The notes under the pieces: model-generated
Seen by the model: only the letters and a program-made list of their open reading frames with translations
The model's database searches: none
Told to the model about the DNA's origin: nothing
NCBI RefSeq assembly: GCF_006345805.1
Contig: NC_043012.1
Location: 20,150,001 to 20,214,000, forward strand
Direction: 5' to 3'
DNA from: Octopus sinensis
Taxonomy: Eukaryota
Length of the DNA: 64,000 bases
In this document: positions 52,325 through 64,000 of the stretch, one piece after another
Numbering within the stretch: position 1 is the first letter of the stretch
Layout: every line of letters begins with the position of its first letter
Program-made: the position numbers and the translations under genes

Positions 52325-53470
52325 CTATCTTTTACTTGCTTCAGTCATTTGACTGTGGCCATGTTGAGGCGCCGCCTTGAAGTGTTTTAGTCGAACAAAT
52401 CACGCCCCCAAGATTTATTTTTTAAAGCATAGTACTTATTCTATCATGTTTTTACCGAATGGCTAAGTTACGGGGGTGTAAACACACCAACACCGGTTGC
52501 ATAGTGGTGGTGGAGGACAAACACACACACACACAAAGACATACACAGTCACATAGATACATACATATTTAAGGATGCTTTATTGTTCTTTTTACGAACT
52601 GTCCTGTCCATTATGCCCCTGAGGTGTTTTATAGGGTTCATATCTGGTGGCTGATTTTGCAATGGAAGCTTTTTAATGCCATTCTCTTCCAACAAATCTT
52701 GGGTCTTTTTAGCCGTGTGACAAGAAACTCTCTCTTCCATAAATATAGAAGCTTCTTTAACTATCTCCTCACTGGAGAAGATTGGAAGCACTCCTTTCTA
52801 CAATATGGACATATTTGCCTGAGTTTTTGTTTCCATCCCACTCCCCTATCGCTCCAAATTTCTCCACAGTTCATCACAGAATAGTTACCGTGATTTATTG
52901 TTGGCTGAAACCTTTTCACGTCAAATTCTTGAGCATAAAGTCTCTCGACCTACACTCAACCACTGTCAGAAAACAAAATATCTCGACTCATTAGAGTATA
53001 TAACGGCGTCCAAAAATGCTAGTGACCTCTCAACCATCTCACTGACCCGATCTTCGCTCGGCTTGATCTTGACTGGTTCAAAAATGGTTTCTTTCCTGCT
53101 GCTCTGCCATGATATCTAAGTTTGTGGAAATGTCTGACAGCTGCTCTGGGACTAACATCAACTTGTTAGAGGCTTTGCAAGGAGGATTATCCCCTACCCT
53201 TCATTTAACAAAACAAAGAGATATATCAGAAGACCCTGGTTGACATGGGCGATGGTAATGTAGACTTCTACTTTTCTCTGGTGAATTACACAACTAGCTG
53301 TAGAAAGGTTTTCTCCAATTTTATGCTAAGTTCAATTTGAGATTGACACATATTCCGGCGGGTTTCTTTCAGTTTCGTTTACTAAATCGACTCACAAGTA
53401 TTTGATCGGCCCAAGGATCTAGAAAAGTAGATTTACCCAAGATACCACGCATTCGGACTAAACCTGGACT
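52325..53470 (-). mobile_element. Old SINE A split into 52325-52550 and 53355-53470
   Basis: The 3' and 5' halves are colinear on either side of the Tc1 fragment. Confidence 0.7.
52565..53260 (-). pseudogene. Tc1 (DD34E) transposase fragment
   Basis: IFMEERVSCHTAKKTQDLLEENGIKKLPLQNQPPDMNPIKHL resembles FQQDNAPCHTAK..WP.QSPDLNPIEHLW. Confidence 0.85.
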
Positions 53471-53746
53471 TCTACTAATTATTGAAAACGAATCTTGCTT
53501 TTAGAGTATGAATATAAGGATGGTGAGGCTGTAATACCAGTCTACAAACCGAGCCACGCGAGTCCAAATACTTGAATGTATGCTGAGAGATTGCTTTAGC
53601 ACGTTTGCCTTCGGACGGTTGATTTCTGTAGTTATTATCAGTGTATTTCATTGATTTAACTAAGAGTTTTGACTGTAATTTCCAGCAGGTAGCCATACTT
53701 GGTATATGTCCTTTGATTACTTTTAATCCTTCAGCTATACACACAC

Positions 53747-53842
<96 letters not shown>

Positions 53843-54584
53843 AAGAGGAAATGAAAGCGAGAAAAGAAGTGAGGAAGATAAACACATAGATATATAGATA
53901 TACATATGGCAACAATCACGAGATCTTTGTCACACAAAATACTATAATGTATACTTGAAGTGTTAAATATGGTATTTCGGAATCGAATCTTCTCAGAAAT
54001 AACAGAAGCAGAATTTGCTAGTCTGACAACAAATGCATAATCTAATATTTATATATATACAAAAAAAAATTATAAAAATTACTTGAAATTATACACGCAT
54101 AAATGTTGAAACTGAAAAGGAGAGTGAAATCAACCATTTTCTTTCGACGAATATATAATTTCATATGTAATGTTTGGGGCGTATGGATATACTTTAACTG
54201 AAATTAGACACATTCAGTAGTTTGGAAAATTTCACAACTTACTTGAAATCGTTCCAAATATATAAATCTTTTTTAATGAGATTCATATTAGTCTAAAGGC
54301 AAGATTAGTTTTAGAAAATAACTAGATATCCAACATTTTTCAAACCAATACTATGCTAAATTATTTCATATAAGAAATGAAAGCCTAAAACTAGTTGTTT
54401 TCATGGATGAAGTCGGAGAGATTTCAGGAGTATAGAATAGGAGAGATTTTTTAAAACATGTTTTTCATATATGTGGCTGAAGAATATTTTACCTATTTTG
54501 ACTTCTCTTGAATAGAATATAACAAATTTCATGCTTTTTACCTAATACTTCCACTATTTAAAATTATTTCATTAAAGAATATTC

Positions 54585-54713
54585 TTTTCTACTCTAGACA
54601 CAAAGCCCGAAATTTGGTGGGGGAAGGGGCCAGTCGATTAGATTGACTCCAGTACATAACTGGTAATTAATTCTTTGACCCTGAAAGCATGAAAGACAAA
54701 GTCGACCTCGGCG
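54585..54713 (-). mobile_element. SINE B 3' fragment
   Basis: cccgaaattt..ggggccagtcgattagattgac..aaagtcgacctcggcg. Confidence 0.8.
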
Positions 54714-55015
54714 TGGGACAAAAAACTGTATGAGGTGACAACTGAACTTAATTGTAGTTTAAACATTGCTCTCTGTGCTGCCGACCGAAATTTCGATGAA
54801 GTTATTCTTGCTATTGAAAATTAACTTCTTCATTTGAGGGCGGAGAAAAAAATGAAAAATTGAAATAAGTATAAAAGTATAAGAGTAAATGTATGAAAGG
54901 AAATATTCTTTTGCATAGTGTTTGTCTGTGAACTCGACAGAAAATGAGAACTATTAATCTATTCTTAGGAAATTGGATCTTTGTCTCTTCAACATACACC
55001 GTAAATTAGTTGAAT

Positions 55016-55736
55016 TACGAGGGTGAGTCGAAATGTAATGCCATTTGGTTTAGGGCAGTTATACTTACCAACACAGGATCATATATCACGCATCAAAAGG
55101 AAGCTGGTCCTCTGTGGATCACATCCTTAGAGAAACATAATCACCGTTTCTCCCAGTAGCAATGTTCCACCTTCAAATGAGAGTAGGTATCCCGTAAAAT
55201 TCTGTTGACTGTTCTTTGAGCCACTTCTTCACTACAGTTTTCACTTCCTCGTCTTTGGAATAATGTTTGCCTCTCAAACCCTCTTTCATGGAGCCCAAGA
55301 CATGAATGTATGAAGGCACTAAATCGGGTGAGTATTGGCAGGATTCACAGAAGCAGACGGACGGCCAGAACGGGGTTTATCAGCTACACTTACAGTTCCC
55401 ACCTTTTCATCTTTCAGACGACGGAGCCACCTGCATACATTGCTATAATGTAAAGTATTGTCCTAAAATACATTTTATAATCGTCAATGAATGTTCACAG
55501 GGGTTTTCCCCTCAGCAACAAGAAATTCAATCACTGCTCTTTGTTTTTGATGTAACAATAAGTGGGCGGCCATTGTGGATTTTCCTTAGCAGTCTAAAAA
55601 CCTGAAAAGTAAGAAACAAAATATTTCAGAACGTATATGATATAATCATTTATAACTGGTAAAATTTTCATTTATGTTTATCAAAAACTCCACATGATAT
55701 AAAGAAAATGGCATTACGTTTTGACTCACCTACATA
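55016..55736 (-). mobile_element. Internally deleted mariner with TIRs and TA TSD
   Basis: TAcgagggtgagtcgaaatgtaatgccattt / aaatggcattacgttttgactcacctacaTA; relic GSMKEGLRGKHYSKDEEVKTVVKKWL..RWN..GDYV. Confidence 0.9.
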
Positions 55737-55780
55737 GTAATATTCAGCTGTCAGTTTCACCAGTTTAAATGTAACATGAA

Positions 55781-55813
<33 letters not shown>

Positions 55814-56452
55814 TTTTGTACCTCGTTTGCAATATTCGCACAATGACACTCCCTTGTCGCAGCAAAGTGAAACTGTGATTATTCCATATGAAAGGTATAT
55901 GTAAAGTGAACTGAATTTAATGCATTGCATCTCCCACCCCACCCCACCCCCTCTCTCTCTCTCTCTCTCTCTCTCGCTCTCTGATATCTGATATCTGCAA
56001 TCCAGAAGATCTATATTTTCCTAACAAATGTACACTAACCTCTGATTACCGATTGTTATTATGCTGAAGTATATTTCAAGACCCGAATGGATAAAACAAA
56101 CACATTTAGAGATCACAATTAATGTTAAGAGAATCAGTTACTGTAAAGAAAATCAAATTCAACGCCTCAGTATATATGTAACACTCATGGATGAAGCAAT
56201 TGCACGTTGGAACTGAAAGCCACGCATAAGATATTGCTCGACAGCATGCACGCGGAAAATACGCCGAACGCAGACAAATGAGTATACTTCATCGAAATTG
56301 AAACAAGCATGTAGCAGGATATGAATAATTATGCTGAATCACGTGACCCAAAAGGTACATTGTCACACATGTGATTTCTTTTTAAATATAGTTTGGCCTT
56401 CAACTCTAATCATACTGAAATGACGAATTAACGTTTATACAATCACCGTCTT

Positions 56453-56790
56453 ACATTAAGAACTTTGCAACGGTTTGGAGATGTATTTGCTTTACTCATC
56501 GATTTACCTCAAAAATAACCTCGCATTCAAAGTGGAGGCCATCCTCTTTCACTGCATAACGACACCTTTCTGCCAGTTCATTGATTACAAGTTCATACAA
56601 ATTCTTCCTCACTGAAGCTTCTATCTTCTCTTGGAGGATAAAGCATCGGGAGGGCAGCAAGTGAGACATGAATTTGAAAAAGTAATTATCCGAGGAAGCT
56701 AGGCCCAGACCATATGCTGGGAGTCGCATCACTGCAATTTTGTCAAATTCCTGAGGTTTATTCAACTCCACCTTTTGTTTTGAATTGTAA
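56453..56790 (-). pseudogene. Mariner transposase C-terminal relic
   Basis: PAYGLGLASSDNYFF..ELAERC..DGLHFE resembles PAYSPDLAPSDYHLF..LAERW..DG.YFE. Confidence 0.8.
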
Positions 56791-56929
56791 AACACCGAAA
56801 TATTCCATAATTGTCTTATTATAAGTCAATGAGTGGGGCTAGATTACTTAGAAACGATATAGACTGGAGCAGACATGCTCTATTATAGAACAAAGGAGGT
56901 ATGCAACTGAAAATTGCCTCAATATTGCG

Positions 56930-57065
56930 AGAGAATAAGTACTAGGCTTACAAAGAATAAGTCCTGGGTTCGATTTCTTCGACTAAAGGCGGTGGTCCAA
57001 CATGGCCACACTCAAATGACTGAAAGAAGTAAAAGAGTAAAAGAGTAAAAGAGTAAAGAGTAAGA
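56930..57065 (+). mobile_element. SINE A 3' fragment with (GTAAAAGA)n tail
   Basis: gaataagtactaggcttacaaagaataagtcctggg..tgactgaaa. Confidence 0.88.
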
Positions 57066-57073
57066 GAGTAAAC

Positions 57074-57123
<50 letters not shown>

Positions 57124-57156
57124 ATATATATATAAGAATCAGAGAGAAAGAAAGAA

Positions 57157-57204
<48 letters not shown>

Positions 57205-57435
57205 ATATGTGAGGCATTATCAAGCCGAGAAAAAGGCTTTGTAAGCTTTCTGATAGAATATCTGATAGTATATAAAAATATTGTTTACAAAAGAAAAGAA
57301 TTCCGCATATTCTTGTGGCGATGTCCTGGGTTATCGTTCATCAACAGTGTATATAGTAAAACCATGACTATCTTCCAGTTGTACTGGTGTTATAAATAAT
57401 TGTCATTACATAATTTTCTTTATTGTAGTAAATTT

Positions 57436-57500
57436 GATTTACAGCTGTTTCAAGTAGTTATTATAGGTTTGTTATTTATAAGTTTACTCAATCAGTTGAG
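57436..57500 (-). ncRNA. Degenerate hammerhead
   Basis: CTGAT(T)GA gta..tactt GAAA CAGCTG TA; poor stem I. Confidence 0.4.
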
Positions 57501-57659
57501 ACAAATTGAATGACCTGGAAAATTAATGCTGCTTTCATCAAAGGCTACCCATGACCCATTAGGTCACCAATAATTCAAAGCACCCGACAAAACTATGTAT
57601 CTCGGAAACCCATGGTCCGATATACGCGAAATACTTCTTATTGTGTTTTCATCGATACC

Positions 57660-57980
57660 TTACTTTCAGAGTATTTCCCATTATGCCCCGGTTTGACTAT
57701 TAATTTACAGACACGCTTGCACGCAAGGAAGCAGACAAACAAAACTATACAGGTGCTCACGGTTAAGAGTAATAATTCCAGGTTTCCCTGCTTAAAATTG
57801 TGGAAAGAAACACCAAAAATGCCCACGATTCGATTTCGAGAGCCCACGATTCGATTTCTTTTATTCAGTCTGTATTCACATTTCAGGGGTTTCTTACATT
57901 CAGAGTATTTTCCCATTATGTACTGATTTGGTTGTATTAAATTACAGACAAGCACGCAAGCAACAAAGCACGCAATCAAG
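57660..57980. repeat. Imperfect ~75-bp direct repeats around a 17-bp tandem
   Basis: ttcagagtatttcccattatg..ttacagaca at ~57664 and ~57899; gcccacgattcgatttc x2 at 57821-57858. Confidence 0.75.
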
Positions 57981-59487
57981 TAATCACAGAATCTTAGTAA
58001 TATATAGATGAACCAATTGCATGTTAAATATATGAAATAACAGACATGACTACGGTTGCATAAAGACATCTGTGCATATGTCTGTTTGCTTATTCCCATG
58101 TATGTGAATGCATATATATATATATATATGTGTGTGTGTACGTATGTATATATGTAAATATGTATACACATATATATATGTATACATATAAATATATACA
58201 TATACATACACACACATATATATATATATACACGTATACACGTATATATACTTGTGTATGTGTGCACACACATATCGTATGTATTTATATGTGTGCGCAT
58301 CTTTAGATTATATATGTAATACGTAGTTTGTGATTGATCTCTTATAAGGCGAATTGGACACTCATTTCTGCTTCACAGTTAATTTTGCCTCGGCTATTCA
58401 TCTTCTGAGAACAGAAGTAAATCTGGATGACTTCCTATCAAGAATACAGTTACATTCTCTAAATTGTATCCATACATACATACACACACAAACACACACG
58501 CACACACACACACATATATATATATATGAAAAAATATATATTTCTTTATATGTATATATATGCATGTATGTATATATGTATGAGTGTGTGTGTTTACGTG
58601 TGTGTGTTTGCGAGCCATTACGCGCGCATGTGTGTGTATATATATGCACCAATTTCAAACTATGTTTGTAAATTATAATTAATGTCAAGAGTAACATGAA
58701 GTGAACATGTTGAAATGCTATCAAAAATGATTAATGACTGCGAAATCTTCAGAAAAATAATGGATCTTACAAAAAGCTGTTTGTTCGATGCAAATTAATT
58801 AATTGTGAAACACACGGTATATACTTGTACAAAAATTCCTATATATTTTTACCTTTCCAGGCAGGCCATAATATCATCGACCGACCAATAAAATACTACG
58901 TAAAACTTAAAACCTAATTTGACTAAAGCAAGTTATTCATAGGCAGCATAGAAAGTTATGCTCGATTTAAATAAGTTTGCTTATCATTGAGCAAATTTAT
59001 TTGCAAAATAAGACCATGTTTAACATAATACAGCAGAAACAAATCAATAAGGTCACCGATACATATGAAAACCTCCATGAAGACGAATCATTATATGCGT
59101 GTAAATTATTAGTAGTTAAAATTGGAAATATCTAAATTATTCATTTCCATCGGTTAGTATATTGTATTAATTTGGAGAGAAAGTTTGAGGCATCATGGCT
59201 AATTTGTAAATTATCTTAGAAATAATGTAATTCAGAAATCCTCCTATACCAACCGCTTAATAACGGAAAAAATATATATATACATATATACATATATATA
59301 TATATATAGTGACACAGTGCATTTGTGGCTTTTTGAGTTGTTGTAACTGTTATTTTTAGCAAATGTGGTGCTAGTCAGTACACTCCGACAATTTTGTGAC
59401 CTCTGTTAATTTTCTCTACAGGTTCTAAATGTTAATAATCCACCTTTTTTAAAATTTGTTATATGTGCGTGGGAGTGGTGTGTGTGG

Positions 59488-59521
<34 letters not shown>

Positions 59522-59809
59522 ATATGTAAATGGAGAAAAACGCAACGGAGGGCAACAAAACATTCGGACGTATATAATATATATATATATATTATATATA
59601 TATATATATTAATATATATATAAAATTCAGGGTGAACACTTGATAACTGTAACCACCTGATTATGCCAGTGTTTGATAAATATATATATAAATATATATG
59701 CATATATATATAAATATATATATATATACAATAAATATATATATATATATATATATAAATAAATTAATATATACATATAATATATATATAATATATATAT
59801 ATATATTAC

Positions 59810-59840
<31 letters not shown>

Positions 59841-59919
59841 AATATATATATAATATATACATATAAATATAATATATATATATATAAATATAAAATATAA
59901 TATATATATATATATATAC

Positions 59920-59950
<31 letters not shown>

Positions 59951-59998
59951 AATATATATATATATATACATATAAATATATATATATAATATATATAT

Positions 59999-60079
<81 letters not shown>

Positions 60080-60316
60080 TATATATATATACATACACAA
60101 CATATATATATATATATATTAATAATATGTGTGGTGTGTGTGTATATATATATATCGTATATATATATATATATATACCTGCATATATACATACATATAT
60201 AAAACTTACTTGGAAGAGGATTCGTTGCGTTCAATCATACGATAATATAAATAATATATATTTATGGACATCTACATGCGTATATGTGCATACATCTATA
60301 CGTGTATATAAAAAAA

Positions 60317-60641
60317 AGACCCCCTTCGGTCATGAATGACCATGGGATTGCACCTAGAAAGTTACCCTCCTAGACACAAGTCCGGGCATGGTTGTTTATG
60401 GAAGACCAGCAGTCGCCCATGCATACAGCCTCCCCTCTCCACACCACCAGTGTTATCCAAGGGAAAGACAAAGTCGATACAGCTTGGCACCAGTGACGTC
60501 GCAACTCAATTCTGCAGCTGAGTGAACTGGAGCAACGTGAAATAAAGTGCCTTGCTCAAGAACACAGCACGCAGCCCGGTCCGGGATTCGAGCTCACAGC
60601 TCACGATCGTAAGCTCGACGCTCTAACCACTGAGCCATGCG

Positions 60642-60643
<2 letters not shown>
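60317..60643 (-). mobile_element. SINE family D, full length
   Basis: Matches 37621-37929. Confidence 0.93.
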
Positions 60644-60681
<38 letters not shown>

Positions 60682-60699
60682 TATATATATTATATATAT

Positions 60700-60822
<123 letters not shown>

Positions 60823-60827
60823 TATAT

Positions 60828-60905
<78 letters not shown>

Positions 60906-60908
<3 letters not shown>

Positions 60909-61141
60909 CGGATAAACACATAAATGTGAAAAAGGTGAAAAAAAGAGTACTCAAATACCAGTGGGAGAGTAATATGCTTTATTTAAGCAGCAGAAAATTC
61001 AACAAAATCTGTTACTCTGAGTTTCTCGTTGCGTCATCAGACAGTTTTTGCTAGATTCTAGCAAAAACTGTCTGATGAACGGCAACGAGAAACTCAGAGT
61101 AACAGATTTTGTTGAATTTCTGCTGCTTAAAATAAAGTATA
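60906..61141 (-). mobile_element. Fold-back hammerhead element (palindrome 60973-61141, centre 61056) plus tail, in (TA)n
   Basis: Arms are complementary apart from a few 1-nt indels; a hammerhead on each strand. Confidence 0.9.
61068..61105 (+). ncRNA. Minimal type-I hammerhead (mirror copy at ~61009-61044, minus)
   Basis: ctgt CTGATGA a cg gcaa cg a GAAA CTC A GAG TA acag; canonical core, GUA, quasi-palindromic stem III. Confidence 0.8.
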
Positions 61142-61191
61142 ATATATATATGTATATATATATATATAATATATATATATATACTATTATA

Positions 61192-61307
<116 letters not shown>

Positions 61308-61897
61308 GCATATGTGTGTACAGGACGTCATGAAACGTGTTCAAAAAATACAAAGCCCGAGTACATGTAACATGAACTATTCTTTCTAAAACGAAAGCAC
61401 AAATGGAAAACGAAAGAAACAGCGTAAACAATGACCCTTCTTCAATTGTTGGTTGTTTCTCTCGTCTCTTCAATATCCTCACGGAAGTCTGAGAGATATA
61501 CATGGGAAGAATGTAGGTGATTTCTAAACGAAACTGGACTTCTTACTGTCAAGTGTCCCAGATGAACCAGCTTCACAGGAGGAAGTGTAGATGAGAGCAA
61601 AAAAAAGAATTAGTTAAGTAAAATAAGTACTGATAAATTAAGCCGAAGTCCGAGTGGAAGTCCACAAATGAATCCTATAAATAGAAAAGGTCTTACGGCC
61701 ATTCCTGGACATATGCGGAGAAGTGTCTAGGTAAAACATTTTGAACTTCGGTAGATCACATTTCGTTTCATCAAAGAATATTTATTCTTAAACAGAATCA
61801 TAAAAATATTCGTGGGATTGTAAAAATATGTTCAAGAATCTGCACTGATTATATACAAGTATGTAATTACACATGAAACGATAAATGTGTGTGTATG

Positions 61898-61944
<47 letters not shown>

Positions 61945-62009
61945 GTGAATATATATGCGTATATGTATATATAAATGTGGATATAATATTATATATATTA
62001 TATATAATG

Positions 62010-62049
<40 letters not shown>

Positions 62050-62075
62050 GTATATATATATATATAAATGTATAT

Positions 62076-62107
<32 letters not shown>

Positions 62108-62108
62108 A

Positions 62109-62146
<38 letters not shown>

Positions 62147-62212
62147 GTAGATATATATATATATATATATATATAAATGTATATATATATTATATATATA
62201 TATATAATATAT

Positions 62213-62249
<37 letters not shown>

Positions 62250-62335
62250 GTATATATTATATATATATATATATAAATGTATATATATAATATAGATATA
62301 TATATATAAATGTATATATATATATATATATATAA

Positions 62336-62373
<38 letters not shown>

Positions 62374-62462
62374 GTATATATATATATATATATAAATGTA
62401 TATATATATATATATTATATATATATATATATAAAGTATATATATATAATATATAATAAATG

Positions 62463-62496
<34 letters not shown>

Positions 62497-62637
62497 GTAT
62501 ATATATATATATATAAATGTATATAGATATATATATTAGAATATATAATATGTAGTGTCCCGGGTTGATTCGGGGTAACCACAGTAAATAAGGTACTCAA
62601 TACATAGCAGAGTAAAATTAATTTATTATATAGAAGG

Positions 62638-62687
62638 AGCTTCTACAGGACTAGAACTGTTCATTCAAGAGAAATCTTCAGGAAGCT
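62638..62687 (-). ncRNA. Type-I hammerhead lacking one A of GAAA
   Basis: agcttc CTGAAGA tttc tctt gaat GAA cag ttctagtc ctg TA gaagct. Confidence 0.65.
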
Positions 62688-62824
62688 AGTTAACAAGAAT
62701 TGTATTGCATTTATACATTTAGGCAGGTTTAAAGGGGGTTGGTGGGGACTTTTGGGGGTAGGCATAGCGCAATAAATCATACTTGGGGGAGTGGTCAAGG
62801 AGTCAGTGTTAAATTAGATAGGAG

Positions 62825-62988
62825 AATAAATAAAAAATAAAAAATAAAAAATAAAAAATAAAAAATAAAAAAATAAAAAATATAAAATATAAAAATCAAA
62901 AAATAAAAAATAAAAAATAGAAAATAAAAAATATAAAAAAATAAAAAAAATAAAATAAAAAAAAAAAATAAAAATAAAAAATAAGATA

Positions 62989-63026
<38 letters not shown>

Positions 63027-63389
63027 GGGGGAATAGAGTTTTAGGTAAATAAGGAGATTCTCACTTATACCTCTACACATACACACATATATATACAATC
63101 ACACATACATATACATATCTACACATACACATATATATGTATTACATACACACACTCACTTGCATACGTATACACACATGTATATATACACACACGACCA
63201 CACATAATATACACACAGAAAAATATATATATACACATACACACACATCTACTCACATACACGCATACACACACAAATCCATACACACACATGCACACAC
63301 AGCACACTAGTCCCTATATACACATATATACACATACACACATATATATACACCCACACATACACATACATACACATATATATACATAC

Positions 63390-63426
<37 letters not shown>

Positions 63427-63876
63427 TATACATACACACCACATATACATATATATATATATGTATGTGTGTATATATATGTGTATGTATATATATGTGT
63501 ATGTGTATGTGTATGATGTATAATATGTGTATGTATTGTGATGTGTGGGTGTATATATATGTGTGTATGTGTATAATGTGTATATAGGGACTAGTGTGCT
63601 GTGTGTGCATGTGTGGGTATGGATTTGTGTGTGTATGCGTGTATGTGAGTAGATGTGTGGGTATGTGTATATATATATATTTTCTGTGTGTATATGTATG
63701 TGTGGTGTGGTGTGTATATATACATGTGTGTATACGTGTATGCAAGTGAGTGTGTGTATGTATACATATATATGTGTATGTGTAGATATGTATATGTATG
63801 TGTGATTGTATATATATGTGTGTATGTGTAGAGGTAAAGTGAGAATCTCCTTATTTACCTAAAACTCTATTCCCCC

Positions 63877-63928
<52 letters not shown>

Positions 63929-64000
63929 TTTATTTTTATTTTTTTTTTTATTTTTTTTTTTATATTTTTTATTTCTATTTTTTATTTTTTATTTTTTATT
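62825..64000. repeat. Large inverted repeat centred ~63450, running off the window
   Basis: The unique anchor 63023-63064 is the reverse complement of 63839-63879; the (AAAAAT)n and CA-rich tracts are mirrored. Confidence 0.9.

Overview
This is AT-rich, microsatellite-saturated eukaryotic DNA, not prokaryotic. The tRNA-derived SINE families and the (TA)n/(CA)n/(AAT)n density point to a coleoid cephalopod, probably Octopus (inference from recall, no search run). Almost all entries in the ORF track are microsatellite artefacts. Real content: (1) a candidate minus-strand, 10-exon gene (17633->4609) invisible to the ORF track, whose GT-AG exons join in frame into a 269-aa Cys-containing protein with a signal-peptide-like N-terminus that I cannot assign to a family, plus a pseudogenised duplicate of its last exon at ~27.8 kb; (2) several tRNA-headed SINE families, Tc1/mariner relics and MITEs, and RTE and CR1-like LINE fragments; (3) Penelope-like element (PLE) relics with GIY-YIG/RT-thumb motifs; (4) a dense set of short, (TA)n-embedded fold-back elements carrying minimal type-I hammerhead ribozymes, and an apparent tRNA-headed SINE whose 3' tail is a hammerhead-shaped PLE-type terminal repeat. 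All alignments and folds were done by eye; coordinates of decayed repeats are approximate.
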